From assembly GCF_001194135.2 (NCBI RefSeq), contig NC_068985.1:22111523-22175522 (forward strand): a DNA stretch of 64,000 bases. The letters run 5' to 3'. Shown here piece by piece: positions 62,501 to 64,000 of the stretch (position 1 is its first letter; every line of letters starts with the position of its first letter). The position numbers and the translations under genes were made by a program. Source of the DNA: Octopus bimaculoides (Eukaryota). The notes below the pieces were generated by a model that saw nothing but the letters and a program-made list of their open reading frames with translations, ran no database searches and was not told where the DNA came from.

Positions 62501-63153
62501 TATTTTCTTCCAGTTTCTGTCAACCAAATCTACTCAAAATACTTTTTGTCAAACAGGGCTATAAATGAAGACAATTATCCAATGTGCCACATAGTGGGCA
62601 TGGAGTGAAACCACATTGTTGTGAATTGACTTCTCAACCACAAAGCTGTATTTGAACCTAAATTTACATGGAGATTCAGGGTGTATATTTACAATGGGAT
62701 ATATCTTATCACAGAGAAATTGGAAAACATAATTGATCCATTCTTCTAAAATTTAGGTGTACATATTATGTTGAATGCAGACAAAATTTTTGTATTGAAA
62801 ATATCAGTACCTAACTTTATTTTATGGACTAGACAGAGGAGTGGGAGTCGGTACCCATGACCTTTACAAACCTTTCCAGACTTGCATGCTTGATGCAACT
62901 GATGTTCAGTTTGAGCATCTGTAAATCAATGTCCAATTTGTTCATACCTTTATATATATAAGTGTACACACATGCACACACAGGAACCAGGCAATTATAC
63001 AAGTCAGATTTAGATATTTCCAATAGAAAACATTGCTTATGTTCAACATACCATGAACACCTTTATTTTAGAGGAATGGATCAATTTTGTACACCAATTG
63101 CTATCAGATAAGATTTTTCTCATGGCAAATCAATAAAAAGTCAGTTTTAAGCT

Positions 63154-63154
<1 letters not shown>

Positions 63155-63225
<71 letters not shown>
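63155..63225. repeat. (TC)n microsatellite
   Basis: Read directly from the sequence. Confidence 0.95.
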
Positions 63226-63229
<4 letters not shown>

Positions 63230-64000
63230 GTTGAATTGCACTTGCCATATGGAAATGGTTTTCTTCATCTTTATTAAAAATGTATTGACATATTATATAC
63301 ATTAACAGTAATCTTACTACTGTTACCACAAATAATAATAGTCATTTCTTTTGTAGCCATAGGAGCCTTAGACATGCATACAAAACATTTTATAGAAAAT
63401 GATTACAAGCAAAAATGTTGGAACTCTTCAGTTTGATTGAGCCAGTAAGGTTGAGGCTACGTACTGAAGCACACATACAATAAATGGGAAAAGGGGCAAA
63501 ATCGTAATACATAAAAACATATCTAAAATGTATGACAACATAAAATGAAAGCACTCGTAAAGGATGGGAAATTCCAAACCACTTTCTGCTAGGTAGTTGT
63601 CTTTGCAATTATCAGGAAGAGTTCAATGTCTGGTCTTCTCATATGTATCAGCTTTGCTATTTATCTATGTTATGCTTCTTTTTTTATATCATAATTGTTG
63701 AACAATACCATCATTGGTTACAGATTTTCAATGAATTGGTCATTGATGCAATGTATTTCTGATTGCAAGTGTGACAAGTGAATGTCCACAACTGAATACA
63801 GTATAACACTTTTGTTTGAAAAGCTCTGGTATTTTTAGTTTTCTCACCATCCTTCAATGATGTACATCAGTGAAAACACACATACACATTATGAATTTCA
63901 CAAGCCTTGATCAATCTGAGCTTATGGTAAAAGATACTTGCTGAGTTACCATACAGTGAGATCAATCTAGAACTATCAGTGAAAACACACATACACATTA

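Noticed and set aside
62872-63463. Two phase-compatible minus-strand exon candidates (RSLNLTGSIKLKSSNIFA at 63407-63463; AQTEHQLHQACKSGK at 62872-62918)
   Set aside because: There are only two short pieces near the window edge with moderate splice sites and no recognisable family, which is too weak to call a third gene.

Overview
AT-rich, microsatellite-dense eukaryotic genomic DNA with four N-gaps. The repeat families look like those of octopods, so Octopus is my inference from repeat recognition, not a search result. It is not prokaryotic, and I see no CRISPR array, rRNA or intact tRNA gene. Almost all ORF-track entries are microsatellite or repeat artefacts. Splice-aware reading gives two real-looking genes that I cannot name. 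Gene A (minus strand) has 11 GT-AG exons from 24409 down to 417 that join in phase into 344 stop-free codons; it continues off the left edge and its 5' end is unresolved. Gene B (plus strand) has 7 GT-AG exons at 34438-42252 that join in phase to a stop followed by AATAAA; its 5' end is unresolved. The rest is transposon-derived: a near full-length decayed mariner, a Merlin/ISXO2-type relic, hAT and piggyBac-type MITEs, RTE-type LINE fragments, an R4/Dong-type fragment in a TAA microsatellite, and many tRNA-derived or RTE-tailed SINEs. The two most unusual structures are a ~1.8 kb zero-spacer foldback palindrome (45737-47549) and a short palindrome whose arms each resemble a minimal hammerhead ribozyme (15612-15720).
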